Shown here: in pieces, positions 48,751-59,932 of the stretch | Layout of the letters: each line of letters opens with the position of its first letter | Position numbering within the stretch: the stretch's first letter is position 1 | Assembly (NCBI GenBank): GCA_048939995.1 | Contig: JBHLOY010000003.1 | Span: forward strand, 192,001-256,000 | Direction: 5' to 3' | Length of the DNA stretch: 64,000 bases | From: Promethearchaeota archaeon | GTDB taxonomy: Archaea > Asgardarchaeota > Lokiarchaeia > Sigyniarchaeales > SOKP01 | Translations under genes and position numbers: made by a program | Notes under the pieces: generated by a model | Databases searched by the model: none | Seen by the model: the letters and a program-made list of their open reading frames with translations, nothing else | Told to the model about the DNA's origin: nothing

Positions 48751-49535
48751 TTAAAATCCTTAGATCTTCTATCCACTAGAAGTATTTCATTCCTTACACC
48801 AACTATATAGACCTTTTCTTCTCTATCAAAAACGTCTCCTTGCCTGAAAGGCATAACATTTACTTTTTCATATTTCATAGGAGTATTAGAGGGAATTTTA
48901 ATTACACCACCATTATCATCGACCTTTAAAACCACTTCTCCCTCTCTGCCGAGCAAATTTCGAGTTGAAGCTATAGTGTAGTGCGAAGAAATAGCAATTT
49001 TCTTCCAGAGAATTGAAATAATTTTTATAGAAATAATACTTGCGACAGGAGCTATTACAAACATTAGAAACTTAAGAAAAACTCCTATGATGTAATATGA
49101 TGTTATCCCTGAAATCCCAAAAACTAATAACCCAGCTGATAATAAAAGCATAAATGGTGCTGGAGTACCGGAGTCTTGAATATGATCTGCATAATCATGA
49201 TCTATCTGATCAGTATGGTCGACATGATCGAAATGATCTACGTGATCGATATGGTCTGCTTGGTCAATATGGTCAAAATGATCTAAGTGATCGATGTGGT
49301 CTACTTGGTCAATATGGTCAAGATGATCTAAGTGATCGATGTGGTCTACTTGGTCAATATGGTCAAGATGATCTAGGTGATCGATGTGGTCTACATGGTC
49401 AATATGGTCGATTTGATCTGTAGCTTGAAGATCATGGGTCGACATTTCAGCAAGAATTAATGAAATAATAGACATAATAATTCCGCCAATGAATAATCCA
49501 AGGCATATATTAAAAAAAATATCATATAAATCCAT
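48741..49535 (-). CDS. NfeD/YqiJ-like membrane protein with long Asp-His tripeptide repeat
   Basis: TM, (DH[I/L/V/F])n tract, two TMs, LLGREGEV..GVIKI OB-fold; upstream of the SPFH gene. Confidence 0.82.
   Translation of the reverse strand: MDLYDIFFNICLGLFIGGIIMSIISLILAEMSTHDLQATDQIDHIDHVDHIDHLDHLDHIDQVDHIDHLDHLDHIDQVDHIDHLDHFDHIDQADHIDHVDHFDHVDHTDQIDHDYADHIQDSGTPAPFMLLLSAGLLVFGISGITSYYIIGVFLKFLMFVIAPVASIISIKIISILWKKIAISSHYTIASTRNLLGREGEVVLKVDDNGGVIKIPSNTPMKYEKVNVMPFRQGDVFDREEKVYIVGVRNEILLVDRRSKDFKKN
49180..49420 (-). repeat. Coding 9-bp/45-bp hierarchical tandem repeat (DHIDHLDHLDHIDQV units)
   Basis: Recurrent GGTCAATATGGTCAAGATGATCTAAGTGATCGATGTGGTCTACTT units on the + strand. Confidence 0.85.
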
Positions 49536-49562
49536 TCGTTCTGAACCTCTAGTTTGATCAAA

Positions 49563-49763
49563 TTATAATATTATTAAAATTGAGATTATGAGTATAGTTA
49601 TTACAATTAAAGCGGTGTTAATTAAGATTACACGAAGTAAATTTGGTTTTTTGTGAAATTTCTTTCGAAATTTCTTCGAATTTATAACTATTCCATGAAA
49701 ATAAATCGATTTAGAATTATTCTCGTCCAAAACTCTTTCTGTCATGGTCACTTTCCTTATCAC
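49563..49763 (-). CDS. Small tail-anchored hypothetical protein
   Basis: Basic region followed by a C-terminal hydrophobic helix; GAGGTGA near the start. Confidence 0.5.
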   Translation of the reverse strand: MIRKVTMTERVLDENNSKSIYFHGIVINSKKFRKKFHKKPNLLRVILINTALIVITILIISILIIL

Positions 49764-49770
49764 CTCTTTT

Positions 49771-49914
49771 TTAATTTATAATAATTGATAACCTAATAGG
49801 AGTAGGGGTAGCAGTATTTGAATCAATATCTACCCCCACATCCATATCTAAATCGGTGTCTATGGCATCAAAACCGAATCTCGCCCGTGTAAGAAAAAAT
49901 AACTCATTATTCAT
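49771..49914 (-). pseudogene. 47-aa ORF resembling a fragment of a NfeD/YqiJ-like protein
   Basis: MNNELFFLTRARFGFDAIDTDLDMDVGVDIDSNTATPTPIRLSIIIN; DxDxD tract then TPTP, like DSGTPAPF in 48741..49535. Confidence 0.35.
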
Positions 49915-49933
49915 TTTCTTAAATTCACTTTAA

Positions 49934-50323
49934 TTAACTTTCTGATAACGAACTTCCACAATTGTGACAGTAATTTGCTTCCCTGTCTATTTTCACTCCG
50001 CAATATTGACAATACTGTGCTTGAATATCTATATCAGAATCTTCTTTTACTTCGATCGGCTTTATATTTGAATTTTGTACAACATAAGGATTTTTCCAAG
50101 AAGATTGACAATTATAATTATTACGATAATACGATTTATTCCGATTCTTAGAATTTTCAATGCTTACTGCAGCAATGATGATGATAATGATGAACACAAA
50201 AATTCCTGGCAATAGAGGGAAAATAAAATAACCTAGAGAGGAACGTAAGCTGAAAAATAATCCAAATATTACGAAGCCAATCATACATAAACCTATACTT
50301 ACAACTGAATTCTTTTGATGCAT
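49934..50323 (-). CDS. Membrane protein with C-terminal zinc ribbon
   Basis: Two TMs; YCQYCG..YCHNCG. Confidence 0.8.
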   Translation of the reverse strand: MHQKNSVVSIGLCMIGFVIFGLFFSLRSSLGYFIFPLLPGIFVFIIIIIIAAVSIENSKNRNKSYYRNNYNCQSSWKNPYVVQNSNIKPIEVKEDSDIDIQAQYCQYCGVKIDREANYCHNCGSSLSES

Positions 50324-50663
50324 TTTTCTTTAACTTTTATTTCAACTATATATACTAATATATTTCTCAATATATAGTTATGCAAACTCCCTATTTAAAA
50401 GTTTCGTTAAAACTATTTAGTTTAAAAAGAATCTGTTCTATAGCTCTATAATGCAATATATAGAATATATATCTCAATATAGACATTTATATACAAAATT
50501 GATAAAAATATCAAATATAAAGATATATATTTATAAGCTAACTTTTCTCAAGGTTTTCTATTAATTTTTTATTATACTAACTTTTATTAATATAAAAAAA
50601 TATATATTTGAAAAAGAATTATTTTCTTATATACAAGATTTAAGAATAAAGTTGGTGATTTAT

Positions 50664-51386
50664 ATGGCTGAAAAAGAAGGTGAAAAAAGCGAAGAAGCAA
50701 AAGGTAACCCTATTTATGTCAAAGTTTCTGATGAAACCCGAGCAAAAATTGATAAATTTAAAGAAGAGGGAAAAACCATATCAAGCATAATCGCAGAAGC
50801 TATAGATATATATGATACATACTCTTCATTGGCTCCTGATATAAAAAGTGTATTAAATAAATATCATCAAGATTTTGGAACAGATTTAGCTATTATCGAC
50901 GAAGCTTTAAAACTTTTTGATAAACAAAAAGATCCTGAAAAAGCAGATGATATTGACTTATGGTGTCGAGCTCGAGATGAATTGAAAATGATGTTAATAG
51001 GAAAAACTACATTTATTCAACTTCTAGCAGCTGCAGAAGCACCTGAGGAGAGTTTAGACCGCCCAATAAAGAAAAATATTGCATTAGATGTCATAGTATG
51101 GTATACTGGAAAACCTGCAAAAAGTTTAACCTTAGAAGAAATTATATACGCAATTCAGAAAATGTGGAATGTAGCAAATTATTTCTATTTTATAGATGTT
51201 AAAGAGACAGATGATGAATATTATATTATTTTTAAACATCATCAAAATCGGAGATATAGCAATTATTGGATGCGATATTTTCAAGAATTATTCTCCTCTT
51301 CCGATTTGCAATTTAAAGTATTAGTAGAAGGAGAAATTTTAGACGAAACGCTTTCTTTGACAATTAAAAAAGCCTACAAGAAATAA
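50664..51386 (+). CDS. Putative transcriptional regulator: ribbon-helix-helix plus V4R/HNOX-like ligand domain
   Basis: PIYVKVSDETRAKIDKF..TISSIIAEAIDIY (RHH); C-terminal FKH...YSNYW..YFQELF. Confidence 0.55.
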   Translation: MAEKEGEKSEEAKGNPIYVKVSDETRAKIDKFKEEGKTISSIIAEAIDIYDTYSSLAPDIKSVLNKYHQDFGTDLAIIDEALKLFDKQKDPEKADDIDLWCRARDELKMMLIGKTTFIQLLAAAEAPEESLDRPIKKNIALDVIVWYTGKPAKSLTLEEIIYAIQKMWNVANYFYFIDVKETDDEYYIIFKHHQNRRYSNYWMRYFQELFSSSDLQFKVLVEGEILDETLSLTIKKAYKK

Positions 51387-51435
51387 TCTCTCTTTTTACT
51401 AAAAAAAAGGAAAAAAAAATCGTTAAAATTTGGTT

Positions 51436-51804
51436 CTATTTGGCAGTTTCATCTTCCTGCATTATACCTAATTTATTTCCTTCAGTGTCTTTAAACATAT
51501 AGAAGTAGCCAACTCCGGGCACCACAATTTTCGGTGAAACAATAGTCCCTCCATTTTCTTCAATCTTTTCCTTGTATGCATTAACAGAAATTACGCTTAT
51601 ATAATTAAAGATTTGATCATTCGAATCCTCACGCCTTTGAATCCCACCATCAATTCCCTCCTCGTCTTTATCACCCGCTTTAATAGTCCAATACTCAACA
51701 GGACCTTGCCACTTTTCAATGTCCCATCCAAAAGTCTTTTTATAAAAATTTATTGCTCTTTTAGGATCATCAGCATTTATTTCAAAATGATTAATTTTTG
51801 GCAT
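51436..51804 (-). CDS. VOC/glyoxalase family protein
   Basis: True start ATG 51804 (MPKINHFEI), RAINFYKKTFGW, GG.., FKDTEGNKLGIMQ. Confidence 0.88.
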   Translation of the reverse strand: MPKINHFEINADDPKRAINFYKKTFGWDIEKWQGPVEYWTIKAGDKDEEGIDGGIQRREDSNDQIFNYISVISVNAYKEKIEENGGTIVSPKIVVPGVGYFYMFKDTEGNKLGIMQEDETAK

Positions 51805-51937
51805 AAAAATCACATTTTTTTTATTTCTATAAATTAAACTAATATCTAAGATGATATTTATGAATTTCTGATCAAAATATGTAATATAATCCAAATTTTG
51901 AAAATTTTTAAAGAATAATAAAAAAATTAAATATATT

Positions 51938-54900
51938 TCATTTTTCTGGTGATTTTTGAGAATAGTAAACATCTTCAAGGATTTCAAGGTATTCTATCAA
52001 TACTTTACTTGCTATAGATTTTTGTTCATATGATGTTTTAATGCCTCGTAAAAGATATTTGGGAAATATTAAATCTACATAGAAGTCAGATAAAAGAGCA
52101 TAATATTCATTATTAGCTTCATCGCGAAAAACAATCATCATATGATTCTCCCAAAGTAGTTTTAATGCCGTATACGGATCTTTTACTCCCTTTACTTTTA
52201 GCTTTTCTAATTCTTGTCTAGTTATTATTGAAGTTCTTAATAATCTCAATGTTAAATAAACCTGAGGATCGCTTAAAATTTTAACAACATTCAAATTATC
52301 TTCAATCGTAGGATGATAGCTTTGAAAGAATTCCTTAACTTTTTGTATATACTCTTTTTTAAATTGTTTTGGTAATCCCCGGCTAACAGGATTTTCTACT
52401 AAATTTATAGGAGGAACTCGCAACATATAGATGTCATTAATTAAAACAATTAATTCTGAAGGTAATCCCTTAATAGAAACCTGTTTTATAATACCCATCT
52501 TTAGCAAATCAGATAGAATAGCTTCTAAATCGACAAATGTCTCCATAAACTTATCTTTAAACCATATAGTTAACTCAGATTTGATAATTACTCCCATTTC
52601 ATTTAAATTTTCTATAATCATCCGCTTAGCTTCATCTTGATAGCTGAAAGCTAGTATTTCCTCATCACTAAGCGATGGATATAAGGATAAACGTCGGAAA
52701 TAAAATGGCATAAGTTGCTTATAAGAATCATCTTCAAAATTTTCTATGAGACCTCGAAAAACATCAACCAATCCTCCCTCATAAAGATCAGGATCATCGT
52801 CAAAATTTAAAATTAATAGAAGATAATAACCTTGTTCAGGTCCTGAATAGTAAGATAAAATGTTTGAAGTTTCAGTAGTTAACATTGTTATGCCTTTTTC
52901 TCCACTATATTCATGAGTACTATATACTTGCATACAAGTTTTTTCTGAAATTACAATTTTTTCTGGATATTTAGCTAAAATTTCTGTTCCAATTCGTTCA
53001 TTCCATCTCATGAGCGCCAATCCTATAGGATTTAATTCATGAACCTTCCCTATTTCACTGATTCTTCTTTGAGCTCTTTCGCTCTTTTTCACTTTTTCAG
53101 TTTTGATATTTAATATTTGACCTAGAGAAAGACCTACTTTATTCCATTTATGATTTACTTGTTGTACAATGAACTTTTCTTTATTGGGGTATAATAAAGA
53201 TTCCTCAATTGATTTCTGCTTTTTAATAGCTTTTTTCATAGCTCTTACTTTTCTTACAAAAACGGGTATTTTAGCACGGTGGTAAACTCTATATCCAACA
53301 AGACTTCCAACTATCGCAATCGTTGCTGCCACAATTAGTAAGAAATAGAAGGTTGGAAGCCCTGGAAAGATCTCTTCCATCTCAACGACAATTATAATAT
53401 CAAATTCTTGAGAGATATAATCCTCTTTTGTAATATTAATAGTTCCTGTAACTGTGGTAGAGGTGAAAAAGGCATCAATATTATCCGTATAGAAAGTAAA
53501 TGTGTAGGTACCATTCCCAATATACGTAAAATTGTACATATTACCACCTATCGTCAATATTACTGTAGCGTTAAGTAACCAACTATCTTGTTTTGTAGGA
53601 TCCGTTAAAATTAATTGTATTGGAACTGGATTGCCTTTCACTATACTTGTTCTTCTATTTTGGAAGTTATCGCTTAAAATAGGAGTCCCAATCTCTCGTT
53701 TGTTAATTGTTAAAAGCAACATTGCATTTTTACGATCATAATTATCTTTATCTAAAGCAATAATTAGAAGATATTCACCCACCATTCGTGATTGTGTATT
53801 AAAGTCTAAGATGTAAGTATTGTCTGAAGTTGTAATCATATTTTCTTGACCACTTTCAATTACATTACCTGCTTGATCATAGCGTTCCCAAAGATAATAT
53901 TGAGTTACTAAGTTTGTAATTTTATTTCCGCTTAAAGTATCCCTATATACAAATGTAAAATTAACCGTATCTTTAATGTAAATACTTTCAATTTTTCTGA
54001 AAAATTCTGAAGACTGGTTTAATAGGGTGGGGCGATTTAAAACATTTAATTTTAAATCTTTTATAGCTGAACTGAAATGGGCTTTTTGTGAAGTAAATCG
54101 TACAGTATATCGATCAGCATCAAGTAAAGACGTATCAATTGTCTTTAGGTAATATCCTAAGCTGGGATAATATGAAGTTGTTCCATAAATGGAAGGGCTC
54201 TCAACAACAACATATGATAAAGAGCCTATTGTTTCATATGATACTGTTCGTGAATATTTAATTGAAAATTGAAGCGTGAAATTTACCTGGAAACCAGTTT
54301 CAATAACTGTATGAAAGATTTGTTCTTTAGTGAACCCTCGTAGGGAAAAGGTTCCTATACCAAGAGTAAAATCAGATACCGCATACTTTTGTCCACCAAT
54401 GGTGATATTCATTGCTAAATATGAGGGGTGAAAATAAGTTGAACCACTTTTTATTTCTTTAACCCATAAAAATGCTTCGAGTTCATTCCAATGACTTTCA
54501 CCGGCGTCTACTTGAAAAAAACCTCCATTAGTGATTCCTGATTCTATTATCGTGAGATTAAGTGTTTCCAAACGGAGGTTCTGATAAAAACCTTGAACAT
54601 ATTCAACATAGATGATTGTATTAAAGATGATATTAGGCTGACTTTCAATTGTAAAAACAAATTTGTTGCCAATAGGATAGATGAGTCTATCATCGATGGT
54701 TAAGGAACCTGTTCCATTCGTATAACCATAATCTAGTGTATAGCTAAACCCTTCGTTTGTACTAACATTCAAGGAGCTCAAACTTGATAAATCTACAACA
54801 CTCCAATCAGAGGTGTTATAGCACTCAAATATCTCAAAACTGATGTTATTAATTGTCCAACCTTCCACTTCTGTTAAAATAGATATCTCATTACTAACAT

Positions 54901-57900
54901 TAAATTTTGAATATTGAACATCAATTGAATCTCTAATAAAGTATACATCTGCTATAATATCAATGGAGTTATCAAAAGAACCTCCAATTATGAACTCAAA
55001 AATGTTATTATGTGTAGGGCTAGCTTTATTTATATTTAAGGTAATTCCTTTCCACGTACGCCCCAAATAATCCCATCCACTATAATTGGAACTATGGAAC
55101 ATATAAAAGTTTCCAAAAGGGTCTTCAACGGTAATGTTAATGTCAGATACACCAACATTCCATGAAATATTATAAAGATTTAACACTATTTTGGATAAAT
55201 TCCAATGGGTTTCTAAATCAGAAATTAATAAATCAAATTCATGATTGATATTCTGGAAGAGAGCATTTTCTATAGTAAGGATTTCAGAATTACTGCCATA
55301 TGAGCTCAATGTCATATTAGCAGTTTCTAACCAATATACAGATTGATCAGAATCATTATTATCAGATTGATTTAATTCTAAGTCATTATTTAAAACGTCT
55401 AGCTGAAAAATTAAGTCAGAGGGAATAACATAGCCTGATTTATAAGCTGAAATTATAATTATATACTTTTTCGCACTCTCCAGTTGTTTTGTGTTTATCT
55501 CTATAAAGTGTCTCCCTAGGTTGCCTATCTCCTTTAAAAATGTTCCTGATTTTACAATGACCCCCCCAAATAATAAGTCATATGTCATTGAGTCTGCATA
55601 TGTAGGTCCTAAAAGATCTTTATAATCTTCTTCTACTTTACTAACATTAAATAAAGTCCGAAGCTTTAATACAGAACCCCAATCAATTTCAATATAATCT
55701 GTTGGATTTAATGATACCAACTCCGTTTGAAAATTACTTAAACCTGCTATCGAAAACCTAAATTCGTATGAATCTTTATTTACAACTGTAAAGCTATAAT
55801 TATTCCAATTAGGAAGGCCTCCAACAGTTCGATTGAAATCTTGGTTCCTTCCATAAAATTCGATTTGAAGACAATAGTCTCCATTAATCTCAAATGAATT
55901 CAACCACTTTAAAGTTGCTTTTCCATTTATGTTGGTGGTTAAATTAACAATACTTAATCCTAATGGATCGTTAACAGTTAACTTAAGTTTAACACCACTT
56001 ACTGGAGTAATTGGAGCATCAAAAGTTAGGACAGTAAATTCTACAGTAGTCAAATTTACTTGAATTGGGATAGTCTCATTAAAAGTAGTGATATCTCCTG
56101 AAGCAAGTTTGATAGTATGTGGGTTATAAATTGGATTGCTATAATATACCGAATAGTTATAAAAAGAGGGAGGTTCATCAACCCACCAAAATTTTGTATG
56201 TCCTGAAGAATCTATTACACACTTTTGTAGTGGTTGCGTAGCATTACCTACAATTATCCAACCAGATTCAACAGGATTGGAATCTACATCAATTATTTCA
56301 AAGAAATGAGTGCTCACATCACAAATTAGATTAATGGTTTGAAATGGTTGATCAAGCATAATTGCCTGAGATGTAGTATTTACAACTGCAACAATATTTC
56401 CAATATTTGAACGAATAGTTGCGGTAAAATTATATTCCCCTTCAAAGATGTCTGTGAAACTCACACTACCATTAATGCTGGTGATATCTTGTTCTATTAA
56501 ATCCAAATTCTGATACATTGAAATAGTAACATTAGGTAGTAAATTACCATATAAATCCAATGCGTTAATTAAAACATCTACTTCTATGACCGGTTTAGAA
56601 TGTTTTTCAGTACTTACATTGTAAAAATTATTAGGACTATATTGATTGTTATATTCAGTTTCAATCCATCCTTCCGATCTGTAATCATTTAATACCCGAA
56701 ATTCATCTAAATATCCCTTGAAGCTATTTGAAAATCTACCAAAATAAAAGGAACTCGTATCTGCAATAAGAGAATACCCTCCTATATTTGTCGAAGGCCC
56801 TAATTGACCATTATTATATGTTTTTAGGTAGGTTCCATCGTAGGAATATGTAATATAGTTCCATTCTAACCGATTAACCACTACATTATTATATGTCGTA
56901 CCACGAGTAACGAATTGAATGTCAGATTGATATCTTGCTGTACCTGGAGGGAACCCACTTAGCCTCCAAAATCGATTCAATCTAACAGAAGATAGTTTGT
57001 AAAATACTGACCCTTCTGTTGCTTCCATTTCTGCATCAGTTGCATAATTAGGGTAAACCCAAAAAGAAAAGGTAAATTTACTATCCCCATTAAAAAATTC
57101 TGATCCTCTATTGATAAGTATTCTATTATCACCCGATCCTGAAAAATATCTAGCTCCATCTATAATACTTGTTCCATAAAACTGAGTACCATAAGGAGTT
57201 CCATCATAATCATTTGAAGTTGAATCTTTAATATAATCCCCTGTGCCTGAGACTTCACTGAAGTGCCATACTGATTTATAATCCAGCCATACTCCTATTG
57301 GATTTTGGCGAGAATTCATAGTAAAATTGCCATAATGCATAATTATTTCAGTATCCTCTGCCGTAGATAAAAATGGTATACGTACCCAAGCAATCAATTG
57401 TGCGTGAGAACTATTATAGCCTTGATTAAATAATTCTATTTGGTGGTCTAACCATTGACCCCCAAATGAAAAGGCAATATCATCTCCATCAGATTGTACA
57501 TCAAAGCGCAAGTCTTTATCAAGAATAGAGACCAAAAGAGGAAAATTAACATGACTTCCTTCTCCAATTACTTTTGTGTGGTCGATTGTAATTATTTTAT
57601 GATAATCAAAGTAATCCGCATTTGGAGTAATCTCATTTACTACTTCTTCTCCTCCTACTGAACCAAATGAACTAGGATTATTCAGGTTATCATATTCTGT
57701 TTTTAACCAGTCATCTGACCGAGTTGTGGATGAAATTCTAACCTCGTCAATGATCGCATCAATAGGTCTATTTCCCGTAGGACTATTTCCAATTGTTATT
57801 GGCCAATTATTTTCACGCAAGGATCCTGTTTTAGCTAGTGTGAAAACAGTGTTTCCATCTAAAACAAGATTTATATTTGAGCCATCATATCTGATTGACA

Positions 57901-59932
57901 TTAAATACCATGTATCGATTGAGAGAGGACCTGATGTAGCTTCTAGCGTAGAAGTGCCAGTTAAATCATCATTTCCAGTTTTAATCCTTCCTCGCGAGAA
58001 ATATGGACCATTTTCGTTTAATGATTGATTGTATGAACCGAGCATCCATACATGATCTTGAGCATTATCACTCGTACCTGAATTCTTAGACAAAATACGA
58101 GCATCACTATACCCTGACCAAATTGAATCAAAAGATTCATATTTAACCCATGCTTGTATAGTTATCTTACTTCCTGAAACACTCCACGTTCCTATATTAA
58201 TATTATCACTTGCATCATCATGTTCAAAATCTTGGCCATCACCTATCTTTCCTTTCACATCTACTGAACCCGTATTAATTCCATCTCTATTATGAGAAGT
58301 GGCGTCCAAAAAGTCATCATCTAAATGATAAACACCTTCATAATTACTATCCCAAACACCCTCTGGGTTTTCTCGAGCGTTCATGGTGGAATTTCCATAA
58401 TACATAGTAATAGTTGTATTAATACTAGAATATAAATTAGGAATTTGAACCCATACGGTTAATTGAGCCTCTGTACTGCTATAGGATTGATTAAATATTA
58501 AAATATCATGATCTAACCAATCTCCGTCGGCTGCAAAAGCAATATCATCCCCATCTGACTGAGCATGGTATTTTAAATCCTTATCAACAATCGAAAACAA
58601 AAAGGGAAAATTGCTATGAATCCCACTCCCCGATACTTCATTATGATCTATTGTAATAAGTTTATAATAAGCGAAATAATGTGAATTTGGAGGCTCCCAA
58701 ACAACAGCCTTTTCATTTCCAATAGTAGAAAAAGAATTAGGATTATATTGATTATTGTATTCTGTTAATATCCAGCTACTTGAAAGAGTACTTTGGAGAA
58801 TCCTAAACTCTGAAATTGCCCCCGGACCCCAAACACCTGACCCGCCAAGCGTTGCTAAAATTGAAAATTGATCCCATGGTAGATGTGGATATCCGAGATC
58901 TGAACTACTATCATCTAAGTCTAATGTGCCATTTACATATTCATACGAACTTTGTAAACTCAAAGACCTAAAATAAGTAAATTGAAACCATTTATCAGCT
59001 GGCCATGAGTTTTTAATCCCATAAATTCCTTCACTATTATCTGTTGTTGTCTCTAAATAAACATTAACAGTTCCACTGGTTGTAAATCTCATTTCTGGTG
59101 ATAAATCGGGAGTATTACCTTGGAAAAAGGCCATATTAGGACTTCCACTGGCGATTGTATTATCAGGTTTAAACCAAGTTTGAAATGCCATATCATTTAT
59201 AGGACCATTGATACCATTTATGTAAAAATAATCATTACTTCCATCAACAGAAATTGCTGTGCCTACCTTTCCATCATAAAAACGTGTATCACTACTAAAT
59301 CCTGTTGTAGTTAAATCATAATCATTTGAAGTACTATCTAAAATATTAGAAGATGAAGGATCTTGATTCATATGCCATACCGCCACATAATTACTACTCC
59401 ATACTCCAGCTGGATTTTGTCGTGAATTCATTGTCGAGTTTCCATAATACATTCTAATGATTGTATCGATAGTAGCTGATAGTGCTGGAATTCGAACCCA
59501 AACAACCAATTTAGCATGTGTTGTATTATATGCTTGATCAAATAACTCAATTTCATGATCTAACCAAATATTGTTAGAAGAAAAAGCAATGTCATTTCCG
59601 TTAGATTGAACATCAGAACGTAAATCAGCATCAAAAATTGAGATGAGAAATGGAAAATTGGTAAGTCCACTAGTTCCTGAAACTTGATTATGATCTATGG
59701 TTATTGTTTTATAATAGGTGAAATAATTAGCATGGAGGGGAGCACTTAACTTCAATTTTTCATCATTAATATCTTTATTTTTCATAAATCCATTATTGGA
59801 TAATATTGATAAAAAAGGCATGCTGATTAACATCGGGAATAAAATTGTGAACAATAAGAATAGATATGCCTTAATTTTTCTTTTTGTCTTGATTGATATA
59901 ATTTTGTTAGCTTTCATCTTTATCAAATTCAA
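51938..59932 (-). CDS. Giant type-I membrane protein: 3x(DUF2341+LamG) ectodomain, Ig-like stalk, TM, cytoplasmic longin-like plus winged-helix region
   Basis: N-terminal hydrophobic signal; three YKTITIDH..NFP..GDDIAF..WV.IP..YYGN..GVW repeats, each followed by LamG (..IDEVRIS..W..EY.N); many NxS/T sequons; TM FYFLLIVAATIAIVGSLVGY; LMRWNERIGTEILAKYP. Confidence 0.85.
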   Translation of the reverse strand: MNLIKMKANKIISIKTKRKIKAYLFLLFTILFPMLISMPFLSILSNNGFMKNKDINDEKLKLSAPLHANYFTYYKTITIDHNQVSGTSGLTNFPFLISIFDADLRSDVQSNGNDIAFSSNNIWLDHEIELFDQAYNTTHAKLVVWVRIPALSATIDTIIRMYYGNSTMNSRQNPAGVWSSNYVAVWHMNQDPSSSNILDSTSNDYDLTTTGFSSDTRFYDGKVGTAISVDGSNDYFYINGINGPINDMAFQTWFKPDNTIASGSPNMAFFQGNTPDLSPEMRFTTSGTVNVYLETTTDNSEGIYGIKNSWPADKWFQFTYFRSLSLQSSYEYVNGTLDLDDSSSDLGYPHLPWDQFSILATLGGSGVWGPGAISEFRILQSTLSSSWILTEYNNQYNPNSFSTIGNEKAVVWEPPNSHYFAYYKLITIDHNEVSGSGIHSNFPFLFSIVDKDLKYHAQSDGDDIAFAADGDWLDHDILIFNQSYSSTEAQLTVWVQIPNLYSSINTTITMYYGNSTMNARENPEGVWDSNYEGVYHLDDDFLDATSHNRDGINTGSVDVKGKIGDGQDFEHDDASDNINIGTWSVSGSKITIQAWVKYESFDSIWSGYSDARILSKNSGTSDNAQDHVWMLGSYNQSLNENGPYFSRGRIKTGNDDLTGTSTLEATSGPLSIDTWYLMSIRYDGSNINLVLDGNTVFTLAKTGSLRENNWPITIGNSPTGNRPIDAIIDEVRISSTTRSDDWLKTEYDNLNNPSSFGSVGGEEVVNEITPNADYFDYHKIITIDHTKVIGEGSHVNFPLLVSILDKDLRFDVQSDGDDIAFSFGGQWLDHQIELFNQGYNSSHAQLIAWVRIPFLSTAEDTEIIMHYGNFTMNSRQNPIGVWLDYKSVWHFSEVSGTGDYIKDSTSNDYDGTPYGTQFYGTSIIDGARYFSGSGDNRILINRGSEFFNGDSKFTFSFWVYPNYATDAEMEATEGSVFYKLSSVRLNRFWRLSGFPPGTARYQSDIQFVTRGTTYNNVVVNRLEWNYITYSYDGTYLKTYNNGQLGPSTNIGGYSLIADTSSFYFGRFSNSFKGYLDEFRVLNDYRSEGWIETEYNNQYSPNNFYNVSTEKHSKPVIEVDVLINALDLYGNLLPNVTISMYQNLDLIEQDITSINGSVSFTDIFEGEYNFTATIRSNIGNIVAVVNTTSQAIMLDQPFQTINLICDVSTHFFEIIDVDSNPVESGWIIVGNATQPLQKCVIDSSGHTKFWWVDEPPSFYNYSVYYSNPIYNPHTIKLASGDITTFNETIPIQVNLTTVEFTVLTFDAPITPVSGVKLKLTVNDPLGLSIVNLTTNINGKATLKWLNSFEINGDYCLQIEFYGRNQDFNRTVGGLPNWNNYSFTVVNKDSYEFRFSIAGLSNFQTELVSLNPTDYIEIDWGSVLKLRTLFNVSKVEEDYKDLLGPTYADSMTYDLLFGGVIVKSGTFLKEIGNLGRHFIEINTKQLESAKKYIIIISAYKSGYVIPSDLIFQLDVLNNDLELNQSDNNDSDQSVYWLETANMTLSSYGSNSEILTIENALFQNINHEFDLLISDLETHWNLSKIVLNLYNISWNVGVSDINITVEDPFGNFYMFHSSNYSGWDYLGRTWKGITLNINKASPTHNNIFEFIIGGSFDNSIDIIADVYFIRDSIDVQYSKFNVSNEISILTEVEGWTINNISFEIFECYNTSDWSVVDLSSLSSLNVSTNEGFSYTLDYGYTNGTGSLTIDDRLIYPIGNKFVFTIESQPNIIFNTIIYVEYVQGFYQNLRLETLNLTIIESGITNGGFFQVDAGESHWNELEAFLWVKEIKSGSTYFHPSYLAMNITIGGQKYAVSDFTLGIGTFSLRGFTKEQIFHTVIETGFQVNFTLQFSIKYSRTVSYETIGSLSYVVVESPSIYGTTSYYPSLGYYLKTIDTSLLDADRYTVRFTSQKAHFSSAIKDLKLNVLNRPTLLNQSSEFFRKIESIYIKDTVNFTFVYRDTLSGNKITNLVTQYYLWERYDQAGNVIESGQENMITTSDNTYILDFNTQSRMVGEYLLIIALDKDNYDRKNAMLLLTINKREIGTPILSDNFQNRRTSIVKGNPVPIQLILTDPTKQDSWLLNATVILTIGGNMYNFTYIGNGTYTFTFYTDNIDAFFTSTTVTGTINITKEDYISQEFDIIIVVEMEEIFPGLPTFYFLLIVAATIAIVGSLVGYRVYHRAKIPVFVRKVRAMKKAIKKQKSIEESLLYPNKEKFIVQQVNHKWNKVGLSLGQILNIKTEKVKKSERAQRRISEIGKVHELNPIGLALMRWNERIGTEILAKYPEKIVISEKTCMQVYSTHEYSGEKGITMLTTETSNILSYYSGPEQGYYLLLILNFDDDPDLYEGGLVDVFRGLIENFEDDSYKQLMPFYFRRLSLYPSLSDEEILAFSYQDEAKRMIIENLNEMGVIIKSELTIWFKDKFMETFVDLEAILSDLLKMGIIKQVSIKGLPSELIVLINDIYMLRVPPINLVENPVSRGLPKQFKKEYIQKVKEFFQSYHPTIEDNLNVVKILSDPQVYLTLRLLRTSIITRQELEKLKVKGVKDPYTALKLLWENHMMIVFRDEANNEYYALLSDFYVDLIFPKYLLRGIKTSYEQKSIASKVLIEYLEILEDVYYSQKSPEK

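Noticed and set aside
49180-49420. Periodic repeat considered as a CRISPR array
   Set aside because: No unique spacers; the period is a multiple of 3 and lies within a coding frame; no cas genes in the window
51805-51987. N-terminal extension of the VOC ORF given in the track
   Set aside because: Overlaps the giant gene's 3' end and AT-rich intergenic DNA; the family N-terminus begins at ATG 51804
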